Shown: positions 52,601 to 62,583, counted from the first letter of the stretch. The stretch is 64,000 bases of DNA from Tubulanus polymorphus (GCF_964204645.1 NC_134028.1:21572345-21636344), one strand, 5' to 3'. Numbers and translations: made by a program. Notes: a model not told the origin generated them from the sequence alone.

Positions 52601-55600
52601 TTTCAGCTCATATACTGAAGACGAGAAAGTAGGTACCGTATTTCTAGACGGTCACATTAGATTCACGCAGTTAAACACGGATCCAATCTCTAAAAATACC
52701 ATTCACTTTTGCTACAGCTTTTAATCGATGACATTTCTTAATATCGACGAATGTTGCCGATATCAAATTACATTCTCAGTATGCCCGTAACGAGGAATTA
52801 TAAAGAAAAAAAATGAATTTTCATTCTAGGACAATGCGGGCCCGGTCCCTGGATGATACATTTTTCCTCGGGACCTAGTGTGCCGTGGTACGAACCCTCT
52901 AGATAGAACACGTACGATCAGGAATCCCGTGTCATTCTATACCCCCGGGTGTTTCTCGTCACGTTTATCGATGAACTCGTCTTATGAACAATATCATATA
53001 GATAATTTCCAATCTGATTGAAGCCGCTAGACTTTATGTGCGGCTAAGCTACGCGTAAGCCCAACGCACACCGCAAAACATTTGTTTCACCGAAACAGAA
53101 AACACGTTTTTCTGGAAACGTTTTTTGTTCGTGAAAAAAGTTTTTCAGTTCGGCGTTTTGTTTTTAGCCTTTCCCGCACACGGCATAACAAAAAACATCG
53201 AAAATGTTTTTTCACGAGGAAAAAAAGTTTTTTCGGTGCAGTGTGCGTTGGGCTTTAGGGTTCAAATTCCCGTCGAAGCTGGCTACCGGTTCCCGGTTCC
53301 CGATTCGGCTCCCGATTCAAAATGGTTTTGAATCGGGAGGAAATCGTCACACGCATGGTGTTGATTCAGACGTCTCGATTAGCCTGGTGGCCAAGGTCAA
53401 GGTTGCGGTTAACTCATTTCAGCAGACATAGTTACGCAATTATGTTTACCTGCTGTCCGCAAAAGAGTCGAATCGAATAAGTAGCCAGCTTCACATTTTG
53501 AGCCGGGAGCCGGCTACCGGTTCCCGGTTCCCGGTTCGGCTACCGATTCAAAATGGTCTTGAATCGGGAGCCAAATCGGGAACCGGGAGCCAGCTTCACA
53601 GGGGAAGAGGATGCATTCGGGTCTGGCACTGCAGTTGAACAGTTGATGCAAAAACATTACGAAGTAGCCGCAACTCAACAAATGTAAATCCTTGATAATA
53701 CATAGATTTCATGGTGATAATTTACCCAGTCCTGGCAGTGGTTGTCTCCACAGTGATCTACGTCGCTCTACGATCCTAGTGTAACCAACTGTGGTACATC
53801 AGACACTATAAGGCTCTTGGTGAAGGTGAAGATATCTATGGTTTGTGTAGCTGTCAATTTACATTAATCCTTCCGTTCAAAACTCCGTTTTTTTCATATT
53901 GAAAACATCAATATTTGAAACAGTTGTCGTTGAAATCAGACTTCGCGGTGCGGCTTATAGAGTATGGAAAGGAGTGTTTTATAGGTTGGTGAAAGTACTC
54001 GATGGTAAATCGTGTTAATGGATGTCATCTCAATGGGTAACACTAGCGTTAGATGGCCTGACACCAAAATTATAGTCTATTTACAATCAACTTTAAACTG
54101 GATGTTTAGGCTTTTTCCGAATTATTATCAAACGAGCCTCGAAGAAGCGGAATCTAAAATATTCAATTTTTCCACTAAGTGTTTGCAATCGTTTCTATTA
54201 ATGATTGATTTGTTAATGAGGAAAGTTCGATAAAAATGAGCATGACATCAAATCTAATCAATCAAATTAATAAATAAGATAAAGAAATACAGAATTAGAA
54301 CTCGCGAACAAACCGCGAAATGCATTATAAATGGCAAAACTATTCAGACAAATATATAACAACTTTAAGAGACGAATAAATCATTTTCCCGGCAACAAAA
54401 ACCATTCATTGCAATTAGAAATCAATCAATCACTTGTTATTATTTCATGTGACAAGTCTTTCACTGGTGCCTCGAATACGGAGGAAAGTGGAATAAAAAG
54501 ACACATTTTCTAATATTTTCTAATAAATGAAAGTGAGCCATCAGAATCCCCATTCGCCGAGTATGCTTGTATGAGCAGTATGCACAACACATATTAGCAA
54601 CACGTATTGGAGTTCATATTTCCTGTTAACCGTTACCTAAAATCGCATTTTGTTATGTATGTATTACTTACGAATGTCATCGAGTGGGTGAAGTAATTAA
54701 TTGTTTCAGAGTCACGGCGCATTTTCGTTTCATCGCAAATTTTGTCGGATCTTATATAGTACGTAATACCCTTGTTAGCATGAATAACAGTTATTTCTAC
54801 CCGTCCTGTTGGTGCGTCGGCGCCGATCTAGGAACGTTTCCAGGGAAAAGGGGGCAAAATCTCGCTGTGTGTTGGGTATAAAATCCACAAAAACCAAGAA
54901 GTAGCCAGTTGCTCAATCCACTCTAGTTAAAACTCTAGCCAACTTTTGAGCAACCGACCCCAGAACTCTAAATCCACTCACGTATATCGTTAGCAAATAT
55001 AATAATTCAATGATAATAAGCTTTTAATTTTCGTTTTTCTAATGTTTATACCAACAGAGTTTCTATATCTATAGTCAGCTTAATCGCGACGCGTGGTCCG
55101 TCGAGAACGCGGAAGCTTGCGGACAGATTATAATATCATTGAGGCGCATTCCGATATCGTGAGCAATCGATTCTTTCAAGACGTTTTATTATCGTACGAA
55201 GAAGACGATTTCACAAAGGTAATTCGAAAAACGAGATTTACGATTTGGGTGTGACCGGTTTTTCTACGACGATAGAAAATTTAGGATATATATATAGATC
55301 AAAAACAAACTGAGCAACACGGAGATATCAGGGGCTGTAGCCGCTCAAATGTTGTTTAGAGCTTGTGGATACCATGGTATTTATCCACAAGTTAACTCTA
55401 TCCAACTTTTAAGCCCCAAATCTGGAAAAAAAAACATCGTGGGCGAAAAATCAATCATAAAACGCAATTACAAACTTCCTATTGACATTAATCTTCCTTA
55501 GATAGGCCTACTATGTTACAAAATTACAAAAAGAGGATCTATGCTTGTTAATGACCAATAAGGCCACCAATACATGTTTGGAACAAATGGATTCTTTAAC

Positions 55601-58132
55601 TTATAATTGAATTCATACTAAAATGTCCGACCCTGGCTATGGGATTGCCCCACAGTTTCTGGCGTTGGGATTGCCCAGTTTCTGGCTATGGAGATTAAGG
55701 ATATTACTTGTGCAACGCCCTACCACTGCCTGGTGAGCCATTCAATCCAGAGCCATCCATCACACAAATGGTAATAACAGCTTTCCAATAATTTTTATAC
55801 CACGGCAAACGCAAATATCGTCCATGGCGCATACAGCTCGTTTAGTATCAAATATAAATTGACTCGTATATCAGCAAATATTTAAGAAATGCCATAATCA
55901 TTAAACGCATTTAATAGGCGGCTATATAGAGTTTCATGGCCACGTATTAATTATACATTATGCAGGAGAGTTGAAACGTAGTTTTAATATGTGAGTTATG
56001 CCAGGAAAGAGGGAGCGAGAGAGAGGGGAGAGAGCGGGAGAGAGAGAAGAGAGATCTGTAAGGCTCGGATAAAACGTCCTCGAGAAATGTTTTATTATTA
56101 TATCGATCACCATAGTGATACAATCCACGGGGTAGGTTTGCACAATCATTAGCCCATTTTCATCCTTACAATAATCAATCTCATAAACGAGACCAAGAAC
56201 CGTTTCGCACGTAAAAATGATTAATTCGTAAATCGAATTATACTTAATAGAACGAAAAAATTATTTAAAAAAATGTAAAACCTTTTTGCGTAACTGTGTT
56301 CAGGGCTGCGGTCCACTTGGTCAGTCAGATTTAAGACCAGTTTAAGACAATCTTAGTACTATAAACAGCAACTAGCAACTATCTATGAATTAAAAGCACT
56401 TTTTGATTTTAGGTCAAGATTGCGCAGCAAGGTCTTTCAATTTCATTTTTTGTTCGAATAATATCATTTGTGCCTGTTCATGTTTTTGTTATACTTAGAA
56501 GGAAACGAAACACAATCATATATATGTCCAATGTTTCAAGGACATTGTATATGTCTATAGAGTCCCCGGTAGAGTCAACAGCATAAGAACTGTTGTGTAA
56601 TTAAAGGAACAGTTGTTGTTCTGGGGCCGTTTGCTTAAACAAGGTTTAAGACTCAAACAGTCTTTGAGAAACCGATCTAACAAGTCGTTAAAGGAGTGTT
56701 TAATTAACGAGAGTCGTTGAAGACTTTAACCAGTCGTTAGGCTTCTGGTTAGAAGTTAGAATTGAACGTTTGAGCAACCGGCCCTGAACTATTATTTCGA
56801 AGAAATCTATGTGAATAATTATCAATTAAAACAATGGTTGAATATAGATAAATATATGAATTACCTGTCGGCAAAATGTATCAAAATGATAATCCAAAGA
56901 TAATCCCTAACAAGTATAATTACGTATACATATAGATGTATATATACGTAGGTAAAATCCTGAAGATTAATGAGTAACACTGATTCCGATAGAGTTATGA
57001 TGCGGTACGAAAACCAATGGTCACAAAAACAGTATCGTAGTGAAGAATACCGTTGTCACTATTACAGTACGCTGAATTTGAGCAGCTCTGTGAATTAGAC
57101 CCGTATAGATATCACCTGTATACGCATGTCCGTTACGTAGCGCATCGGAATTTTTGGCCCACACCTATTTATTAATAGTAATACTGGTTCTTGTCGTCCC
57201 GTATACACTGGTTTTATAGTCACATATATATAAACACACACGGAGTATACCTAAGAATCGACGAGCCATGCCACTGCACAGTACTCGTTAATTCCATTCA
57301 CCCGATTCATTCATTCATTCGCTCGACCGCAATTTAGTTCTTTACAGCGAGGAATATGAATATGGTACTGGTATTTATCAACTGCTCGGGTGCAGTTCTG
57401 TCTCCCTCTCTCTCTCTCTACGCGGGGACGGGACTGACTCTCTGCAGCGGCTGCCTCATACGCAGAGAGACATCCGATATCATACAGCACCTTTACACGA
57501 ATGTACTTCCGTTTTTGTCTGGGTTTTCGATGAGTCTCAACTTTCATTTGCAAATCCACCCCATGATCCCATTGGGAAACAGGCTTTTCGCATTAACACA
57601 AATCGCTGGTGCCAAGTTATATTGAAAAACCAGCCCGGTATTTTCTGTATATCCACTTCGAATCGCAGGAGCCCGTGAATATAATCACAGTTACCGTACA
57701 AGGAACAACAGAAGTGGAGACTACAGTAAAAATCAATGACTTTCAAAATGAAATTTCTATCAAAAAACAAACAAATAGATTTTCATTTAAATATTTCTCG
57801 TAATTCGTTTCTTTTTCGAGATTATTTGTCTGGATCAACTTTGTGTTACTTACCACAGTGATATATATGTATTAACTTTTCTATTTTTCGCTTCTTTTTT
57901 TCGTGTTAATATCTATGTAACTTTTGAGGATGTATGTGACGAATCGCACGTCAGATCAATCGATCAATCAATCAATATTGGGATTGGGTTAAGAATAATT
58001 CGATCGCTGAAACGAAAACTTTTTTCGACCGTAAATATTTCTCCGACTTGGAAGTACACCTCGAATAGAAAATACATATGATCTAAAAATCTGTCTGAAG
58101 TTTAATCTGTTTACCTGTGTGATGTCGGCCAT
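6880..58132 (-). CDS. MYO15: Unconventional myosin XV (MYO15 / Drosophila Myo10A-like), about 59 coding exons, about 2876 aa
   Basis: Exons in transcript order: 58115-58132 (tentative, MADITQ), 50804-50914, 49333-49421, 49034-49097, 47019-47128, 46208-46483, 45242-45305, 42712-42825, 41920-42078, 41033-41143, 40681-40739, 40020-40143, 39636-39863, 35696-35821, 35282-35359, 34289-34443, 33234-33404, 32713-32845, 31983-32158, 31575-31659, 30132-30203, 29440-29520, 27937-28018, 26841-26977, 26078-26176, 25918-25992, 25183-25343, 24073-24242, 23265-23544, 21752-22565, 21246-21354, 20954-21102, 19546-20580, 18972-19146, 18521-18708, 17961-18096, 17299-17420, 16991-17106, 16466-16559, 16296-16346, 14829-14943, 14562-14668, 14007-14072, 13397-13631, 12904-13029, 12743-12819, 12357-12439, 11767-11897, 11579-11673, 11236-11313, 10987-11083, 10309-10472, 9585-9653, 9371-9435, 9136-9275, 8359-8408, 7844-7927, 7194-7331, 6880-6993 (TAG). 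All introns are GT-AG, phases are consistent, and the total is 8631 nt. The MyTH4-(FERM-like)-SH3-MyTH4-FERM tail order is typical of class XV. Confidence 0.92.
7590..7771. mobile_element. Degenerate pogo/Tigger-type MITE
   Basis: TA|CAGTAGAATCCTCTTAACTCAAA ... TTTGAGTTTCGAGGAGTACTA. Similar relics at 4527-4703, 16029 and 16168. Confidence 0.55.
8817..9104. mobile_element. piggyBac-type MITE (about 290 bp), copy 1
   Basis: TTAA|CCCTTTCAGTGC ... GCACTGAAAGGG|TTAA. Confidence 0.9.
9946..10083. mobile_element. Harbinger-type MITE (AAGACTGGTCTTAAG family)
   Basis: CTG|GGGCTGGTTCC ... GGAACTGGGCC|CTG. Relatives at 44744-44892 and about 56303-56410. Confidence 0.75.
10722..10848. mobile_element. 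Harbinger-type MITE (GGGCCAGTTGCTCAAAAG family)
   Basis: Imperfect palindrome with GGGCCAGTTGCTCAAAAGTTG end. Relatives at 5888-5950, 22646-23200 and 54903-54963. Confidence 0.65.
12069..12337. mobile_element. piggyBac-type MITE, copy 2 (diverged)
   Basis: TTAA flanks, degenerate TIRs, and an interior homologous to copy 1 (gatggcagcacc, gtgtagacgcactatag). Confidence 0.85.
14562..14943 (-). CDS. MYO15: Myosin XV SH3 domain exons
   Basis: [26 protein letters not shown]...[20 protein letters not shown]. Confidence 0.92.
15305..15404. mobile_element. Harbinger-type MITE (GATCCAGTTCCACAG family)
   Basis: CAG|GATCCAGTTCCACAG ... CTGTGGAACTAGCCC|CAG. Related ends near 140, 8020-8078, 16610, 28186-28230, 58400 and 58576-58657. 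Confidence 0.7.
15713..15999. mobile_element. piggyBac-type MITE, copy 3 (opposite orientation)
   Basis: TTAA|CCCTTTCGGTGC ... GCACTGAAAGGG|TTAA; reverse complement of copy 1. Confidence 0.9.
16827..16955. mobile_element. Harbinger-type MITE (GGCCCAGTTTCAC family)
   Basis: CAG|GGCCCAGTTTCACAAAAAAGT ... ACTTTTTCGTGAAACTGGGCC|CAG. Second copy at about 43365-43483. Confidence 0.85.
17478..17765. mobile_element. piggyBac-type MITE, copy 4 (opposite orientation)
   Basis: TTAA|CCCTTTCAGTGC ... GCACTGAAAGGG|TTAA. Confidence 0.9.
19546..22565 (-). CDS. MYO15: Myosin XV large low-complexity Pro/Ser/Gln-rich tail insert (814-nt and 1035-nt exons plus two small exons)
   Basis: ORF-track frames 21737..22531 and 19534..20493 are bounded by canonical splice sites and are in phase with the flanking exons. 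The region contains poly-Pro and [15 protein letters not shown]. Confidence 0.88.
21450..21582. repeat. Pyrimidine-rich low-complexity tract
   Basis: C/T-rich, with repeated cccctcattct(t/c)cactctcc. Confidence 0.7.
22888..23200. repeat. Four tandem copies (about 85 bp) of a MITE right arm
   Basis: Unit gtcactatgtcaactatccactggttaactctaa...ttgagcaactggccc matches the right half of the 10722-10848 element. Confidence 0.8.
23265..26176 (-). CDS. MYO15: Myosin XV first MyTH4 domain exons and start of the following FERM-like region
   Basis: [72 protein letters not shown] and [15 protein letters not shown]. Confidence 0.92.
23612..23868. mobile_element. Degenerate TTCCCTGAC-rich non-autonomous DNA element (hAT-like CAGGGT ends)
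   Basis: TGGCCAC start, GCTACCCTG end and TTCCCTGAC repeats. Shares gatctgctaagaatccaatcaat with 39139-39421. Related relics at about 18212-18381 and 43085-43364. Confidence 0.6.
24246..24458. repeat. 26-bp minisatellite, about 8 copies
   Basis: Unit AACAGAAAGAACAGTCATTCTTCATC, beginning right at the myosin splice acceptor (24243). Confidence 0.95.
30657..31458. mobile_element. PIF/Harbinger-type non-autonomous element (802 bp)
   Basis: About 42-bp near-perfect TIR AGGCTGGCTTATGTCGACAAGCAACGCGACGCCTACC with TTA on both sides. GC-rich subterminal repeats surround an AT-rich centre. Confidence 0.85.
31983..50914 (-). CDS. MYO15: Myosin XV N-terminal and motor-domain exons, through the first IQ motifs
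   Basis: [45 protein letters not shown]-loop [14 protein letters not shown], switch [20 protein letters not shown], switch [78 protein letters not shown] and IQ motif [12 protein letters not shown]. Confidence 0.96.
33537..33850 (+). mobile_element. Full-length tRNA-derived SINE with conserved central domain and L2-like tail
   Basis: A box TGGCCGAGCAG and B box GTTCGAACC; central GTGTCCTTGGGCAAGACACTT..CTCTCCACCCAGGAGTAAATGGGTACC; tail GTAAAGCGCTCTGAG..AGCGCTATATAA-(TAT)n. Confidence 0.88.
34766..35050. mobile_element. piggyBac-type MITE, copy 5
   Basis: TTAA|CCCTTTC (small deletion) ... GCACTGAAAGGG|TTAA. Confidence 0.9.
37069..37160 (+). promoter_or_regulatory. Candidate TATA box and non-coding first exon of the nested transporter
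   Basis: CTATAAAAAG with TATA at 37069. Donor AG|GTAAGG at 37154/37155 could join the acceptor at 37645. Confidence 0.45.
37423..37608 (-). mobile_element. tRNA(Asp)-like SINE with poly(A) tail, second family
   Basis: Minus strand: A box TGGCGCAGCGG, anticodon-like arm CTGGTC-TTGTCAA-TCTAG, B box GGTTCAAACCC, about 100 nt unique body, then A10. Confidence 0.65.
37668..38987 (+). CDS. MFS transporter, diverged SLC18A (vesicular monoamine/acetylcholine transporter)-like, 439 aa, intronless CDS nested antisense in myosin intron 13
   Basis: Uninterrupted ORF with about 12 hydrophobic segments and SLC18A-like motifs: GVIVDKFGW (MFS motif A), [57 protein letters not shown] and LGYILGP. The splice acceptor ttttttcttattgatttcag at 37645 precedes ATG 37668. 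The extra N-terminus in the ORF track comes mostly from a SINE and intron sequence. Confidence 0.9.
   Translation: MDGHDARTSFRQSKALVVVVAFVSLSIYASTSRLSAILLPVVVVELDSSTETTNATTYADLLYGKKVTSSANHVLGYTTAMRYTFELIFSLVSGVIVDKFGWRWPRCASCLINAAAMFGMAFASSTPLLVAIGALQGIGLSLTSVSSLASLGETFSDDTERNKALGKSLVGHPTGQAFSIIIGPLLFEYFDLESPSLVLAVFCIFGGLLALLSRPKDKALRRIQEETGSATYTLFLYDPYITLGLLTNFTFYFGVSIYATVLFEWLYYDLTAALWQITVVLLTCMPLMVAGNLLTGYFGNSHRWAWIVAGMWFYSAGMATYPTCASVWHVLAPEGLVRIGLGIFPCSINSTLARVADERYSHATYGAIYGLSILTMDLGYILGPLFAGFMLPIMTFDWLCRMVAILIFIVSFIALIYRGKIDNKQQYEQFPMTKNQLFH
39139..39421. mobile_element. Second copy of the TTCCCTGAC-rich element
   Basis: Homologous to 23612-23868 (actttatttgactagctttt, gatctgctaagaatccaatcaat). 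Confidence 0.6.
40274..40552. mobile_element. piggyBac-type MITE, copy 6 (old, degenerate ends)
   Basis: Interior homologous to copies 1 and 5 (cagtgcatctacacc, ggtgtataaatcagtgat, ggtggcagca, ggtattaatcagtcag). Confidence 0.75.
42120..42700. repeat. TGGATCTCAGCA-type degenerate tandem repeat split by an insertion of about 290 bp
   Basis: Repeats at 42120-42310 and 42628-42700. The middle starts CAGGGCT and has AAAAGGGCA/TGCCTTTT motifs. Confidence 0.65.
43365..43483. mobile_element. Second copy of the GGCCCAGTTTCAC MITE
   Basis: Shares ttggttacttcatgtt..caatgaggacaa..ttcaaacttaaccatttt with 16827-16955. Confidence 0.8.
43997..44742. mobile_element. Non-autonomous foldback DNA transposon, IS3EU-like, copy 1
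   Basis: Long TIRs TATGGTGGCTGATAAGGGCCATAGTGTAAAATTCCTGGTA... and the exact 6-bp TSD GGGGCC (43991-43996 / 44743-44748). The interior is an array of GTTTTGGCG/CGCCAAAAC units. TAY..RTA ends with a 6-bp TSD match the IS3EU superfamily. Confidence 0.85.
44744..44892. mobile_element. Harbinger-type MITE whose left end was the target of the IS3EU-like insertion
   Basis: GGGCCAGTTGCAC ... GGAACCGGCCC|CAG. The matching CAG lies at 43989-43991, left of the inserted foldback element. Confidence 0.75.
46544..46719. mobile_element. pogo/Tigger-type MITE
   Basis: CAGTGGAACCCCGTTACAGCGA ... TCGTTGTAACGAGATTCCACAG|TA, with internal TTCGTTATA repeats. Confidence 0.7.
47649..48488. mobile_element. Non-autonomous foldback DNA transposon, IS3EU-like, copy 2
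   Basis: Same TIRs and central core as copy 1, with the exact 6-bp TSD GGTAAC (47643-47648 / 48489-48494). Confidence 0.88.
53058..53254. mobile_element. MITE with 14-bp TIR
   Basis: AGCCCAACGCACAC ... GTGTGCGTTGGGCT, flanked by GTA/TTA (Harbinger-like). Confidence 0.7.
53270..53603. mobile_element. GC-rich MITE with repeated palindromic subunits
   Basis: Ends GAAGCTGGCTACCGGTTCCCG / CGGGAACCGGGAGCCAGCTTC, and two copies of CCGATTCAAAATGGT(T/C)TTGAATCGGGAG. Confidence 0.7.
56624..56783. mobile_element. Harbinger-type MITE
   Basis: CTG|GGGCCGTTTGCTTAAAC ... GTTTGAGCAACCGGCC|CTG. Confidence 0.7.
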
Positions 58133-58206
58133 GATTTGTGTATAACTAATCTGGGTTATCGACACTCCGGTTTTTATTCGTCATATCGTACGAGGCGTGA
58201 TGGTAA
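58115..58206 (-). CDS. MYO15: Probable first coding exon of myosin XV (5'UTR plus MADITQ)
   Basis: Acceptor tttttcgtttcag at 58207, ATG in context cacaaatcATGg (58132), and donor CAG|GTAAAC in phase 0. Joining gives [13 protein letters not shown], a short N-terminus like invertebrate myosin XV. Confidence 0.6.
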
Positions 58207-58575
58207 CTGAAACGAAAAAAGCAAACTAACAATCTTATTGACTTTTAACGAAGAAGTTGCCGAAATTAATGTGTCAAACTTATTGACATAAATCATTACA
58301 ACAGAAATAATATCGAGATGAATAGAAACAACATTCTATCGAAGAGGTGACCTGCTTATAGGTGCTTGATTTCAAATGATATGTTGTATACCTGTCTGGA
58401 CCCAGTTCCACAGATCTTAGTCCACCATATCTTAATTCATAACTAAGGAAATCTTTCAGATGTGAACGACCTCCTATGTCATAGACTATGAATATAAATA
58501 TGAACCCCATTGGTAGGTTTATAGGATAATTATAGGATAATTAATACATGTATTTTTGCTAGTAGCGATAACCTG

Positions 58576-58657
58576 AGTCCAGTTCCACAGTTCTGAGTCA
58601 AATTTGACTCTTAAGAGTTGAAACAGTGAAAATAACTAACAACCGTGGAACCGGGCT
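58576..58657. mobile_element. Harbinger-type MITE (GATCCAGTTCCACAG family)
   Basis: CTG|AGTCCAGTTCCACAG ... CCGTGGAACCGGGCT|CTG. Confidence 0.7.
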
Positions 58658-60669
58658 CTGGACTATTTGCGTGGGATCGTTACAACATTTAAGCGTGAAT
58701 TTATATACTATGCCTCATAATTCCCTGTACGCTGTTGTATTTTAAAAATATATATATATATACTCTATACTAGAATTGTCGTTGGTTGTCATTGTTGTTG
58801 GTTTTTCATTGAAAAATGGGGGGGGGGGGATCGTCGTGATATCAATTCCCGTTGCGGACTAAAACGTAATCACACCATACATATAAGTGACCCGAGGTGA
58901 CCACCCGGCAAAAACTGTGATATACATATATACATATATACAACAGGAGCAGACGCCTAGTTCTCATTCATTATTCAAAACCATGGAAACGAGAAAATAA
59001 ATGACGAGGAGATAAAAACTGGAAGAGTACTCCGTGACGTCACAGTTATTGGATTTCTGTTAGACGTGTACTTATCATCGAACAAGGGAAAATATTTACA
59101 GGTGGCACTGATAATGAATAATTCAATAGATCTATATTTCATTTTAACAGCTCCGTAGCGGCGAATCGTATTAAGCGAGCTAGAAGCAGAAATACTCACA
59201 CGGGAAAAAGGTGAATTATTTAAAACTGTTCCATAGTATCCGCAGCGATAACCCGCGGTAAATCTAGCTATCCGATCCGCAGCGGATATCGCAACGACAG
59301 GACCATGGGTCTACGTTAGTCAGAATTAGTTCATATCGATCGATTTTGAATTCGTTAATCCTAATATCGTCATAGGAGCCCCATAACGTAACATTGATTT
59401 CTAAGTTTTAAAAGTATGATCCCCGCACGAGAATAACATTAAAAAGATTTGAGATTCACTTTTCTAATTGGTGTTTACTGTTTATTTATAGTTGATTTAT
59501 TACTTCGGCTAAAGGGAATTGAAACACGTGGAAGACCGACAGACCATTAGCGCACCTGGTGGATGCTCGCTTGCCACAAGTGGAATCCTCGATTGTCACT
59601 TGCGGTTCCTCATTAGAACGAAAAAATCCATAAATATATCCATTTTGTAACTGCTTAAATCCATAGCCAAATTCAATCATTTTGACCAGAAGTCGGTGAA
59701 ATGTGTATGGTGGACATTCTTAGCAGCCAACGTTCACACAGAGCCGCCCTTTGATATCACCGAACACAGTGAGTATTTGGATACTCCACGGGGTCATCCC
59801 CAAAGCGCGTGGTCGGAGACATTGTACCGATGACACTGTGTCTTTAACCTCTCTGAACTCTGAAAAGCGTTCACACACTTTAACCCGAATCACGATGTTC
59901 ACGCTACAGTTTGACTTCGACTTAACACGTTGCCGCTAACGATTACATATTTCTAAGATATTTGAAATCCTCTTAAAAAAGACACGATAATTGGTATCCT
60001 TGTGTGATATTGACGCCTCGGATCTATACTTAAGAACCATCAGGTCTCGCTTGTACCGTTCCGTCGCCGGATGTAGAGAATTTCGAGGCTCGATAAAAAT
60101 CGAAATTTTCGAAATTATGCGCATACACTTCATTAGCGCTTCCGGGAAACGCTGATCACACGTAGTTAATACACATTGACACGTTACAGGTCGGTCGTAT
60201 TGAAAACAGACGCATTCTCGCAGAGAGGTGGATGGAGAAAATACATCAGCACAGGACTGGTACGATATATGTATCACGTCAAACCGGAATTCAATTCACT
60301 CCAGTCGAGTATAAAACATCCAGCAGCAACGACGAACATACGATGTTTAATTGACTGACATTTTATGAAGGTGGAATATAATCACACGGGCAGACATATT
60401 GCGAAACATTGAAATTCTCTCCACACGGCAGACATTATATAGACTTATGACTCCGAGATATTCACAACATCAACCAGTCTAAAACGTTATTTCGGCCTCA
60501 TTTATAATTGCTTGGAGTTGGGATTTTTTCATGAAAAAAATGGGAGGGCGAAATCGAAAAAATAAAAGAGATAGAAACAAAATTCTTTATAACAGGCGTT
60601 TTAAAATGAACAGGAAAAAAATAAAAGTAGAACTTTTTTTATTATTTGAGTATTTTCCACATAAGATCT

Positions 60670-60881
60670 CATTCCGTACAGCCTGTAACCAGCCCATTCA
60701 AATAGTCCGTACAGTCTGTACCAGCCCATTCAAACATTCCATACAGCCTGTAACCAACACATTCAGACATTCCGTACAGCCTGTAACCAGTCCATTCAAA
60801 CAGTCCGTATTAGTCTGTAACCTACCCATTCAAAAATCCGTAAACAGCCTGTAACCAACCCATTCACATATTCCGTACAGT
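60670..60881. repeat. Minisatellite of about 33 bp, about 6 copies
   Basis: Unit CATTCCGTACAGCCTGTAACCAGCCCATTCAAA. Confidence 0.9.
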
Positions 60882-62397
60882 CCTGAGCACATGTGAAGTG
60901 TGGACGATTTGTTTTTTGAAATTGCGGGTTAAATTTCAAATGTACATTTGTTGTTTTGGTTAATTTTTATCGTAATGCAAACAATAGGCTATAGGTAGGC
61001 CTAATTGTCATAGCTATAGCGATATTGTAGGTAAATATCTACTCCCAAGTTTTCCCAATTAAGACTGTGTCGAGACCTCAAGCGATAAATGGAGTAAATA
61101 GATAGGACAGTCACTTACCGTATGGTGGAATAATCCTGAAATATTTGCGGACCCAGGACCGTATAGGTTATGACTATGAAAGAAGGCAGTCTTTCGTGTG
61201 TTCTCGGCATACTTTTTACTCTGTCAATGTAACACAAAGAAACCACTGTCAACGAAGTCATGAAATTGCCCATAAAATCATAATCATGAATATAGACTTT
61301 CATAAGACATAAAACCAGCTCCAAATGTGACCTAATTCACGATAAGTATTTATAAGTTCACTTGATTGATGTCTTGTTTTAGGGGTGAAAGCCCTATAGT
61401 AGGTACTGCAGCGTGCGGTTCCAGACCCGATCCAGACTAAAGGTATGTCGAGATATATTCATGGTGTTGTGGTAGTCATAACCTGTCTGTGGTTAAGTTT
61501 CACGATCGGATATTTTCACAAACCACATAAGCCCTTCCAAGTTGGTATAAGCCTATCCGATCATAAAAGCTTACCACCAACGATAGGTAACTGGCGGCGT
61601 TTCGGTCTCTTTTGTTGTCATTTTTCATTGAGATTTTTAGATGCACGGTCTGACAAACAAGTGAGTTGGATTCAACACCGGCTTATACTACAAAATTCCT
61701 GTAAATTCAACCGCCGATCCAGTTTGCACGTATTTCGATCCGATTTCAAAATAAAACCGGGGAACTTCATTTTAACGACCTCAGATAAAATGGTGTTATT
61801 ACAAAACTGCAATTTTATCTGGTCACCTGCGAATTGAGTTTTGTGAAAAGAGTCCATATTACTTCGTTCACGGAAGGTATTTTTGGCTGTAAATTGATAA
61901 ATCAATGAGGGACATCCCTCTTCAAAATTAAAACAATACCGGGTAGTTAAAAAGTGTCCAGTGACCATCTGATCTGCCGTCCGATGTCGACAGTTTTGTT
62001 CCGACGCACAGGGGGACTTTTCTTGGCGGATGGTACCTGTGGGATTTACGTGCAAAGAGAGTTATTCATTTTTCCACAAAGGCAAACCAAACTCTGACCA
62101 AAATTCAATTTTTAATCATTCCCTTTTACTATTAATGATGTAAAATGTCTATCATGTATTCTATTGTTATATATTTATTTGATGACTATTGGTATTCAAA
62201 GATATTAATTTTACAATCTACAGTATTCACTGTAGTTTTTTTTCTAGTACGTATAGTAACATTTTTTCCGTTTTGAAAAACCTTTGAAAATCATTTACAT
62301 TAACAACATTAGAAAAATAAAGCGGGAGAAAAATCAAAGTATCTTCACGAATCAGCGAATTCGTAATTGTCTATTGAAAGGGGATAGCGATCATATC

Positions 62398-62583
62398 CAC
62401 AGGGGCTCGTATCAGAGTTGTAGGTAATGTAAAAACGATTAGTCTGTTAAGTCCGATGTCTAAATAGTACCGGTATATATATAAAATAACATAACAATAT
62501 GTGTTATTTTATATATACTATAGACATTGGATTAACAGATTATCGTTTATACATTACCTACAACTCTGATACGAGCCCCTGTG
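62398..62583. mobile_element. Near-perfect hairpin MITE with CA..TG ends and 8-bp TSD (P/hAT-like)
   Basis: CACAGGGGCTCGTATCAGAGTTGTAGGTAATGTA ... TACATTACCTACAACTCTGATACGAGCCCCTGTG; flanks ATCATATC / GTCATATC (7 of 8 match). Confidence 0.8.

Noticed and set aside
6880-58132. Assignment as myosin VII or X
   Set aside because: There are no PH domains (rules out class X). Few IQ motifs, a long Pro-rich insert after the first MyTH4, and motifs such as [10 protein letters not shown] and [12 protein letters not shown] fit class XV better than class VII.
59486-59902. Two in-frame minus-strand ORFs separated by one TAA (pseudogene or readthrough)
   Set aside because: No recognisable protein motif and no convincing splice or Kozak context; compatible with chance.
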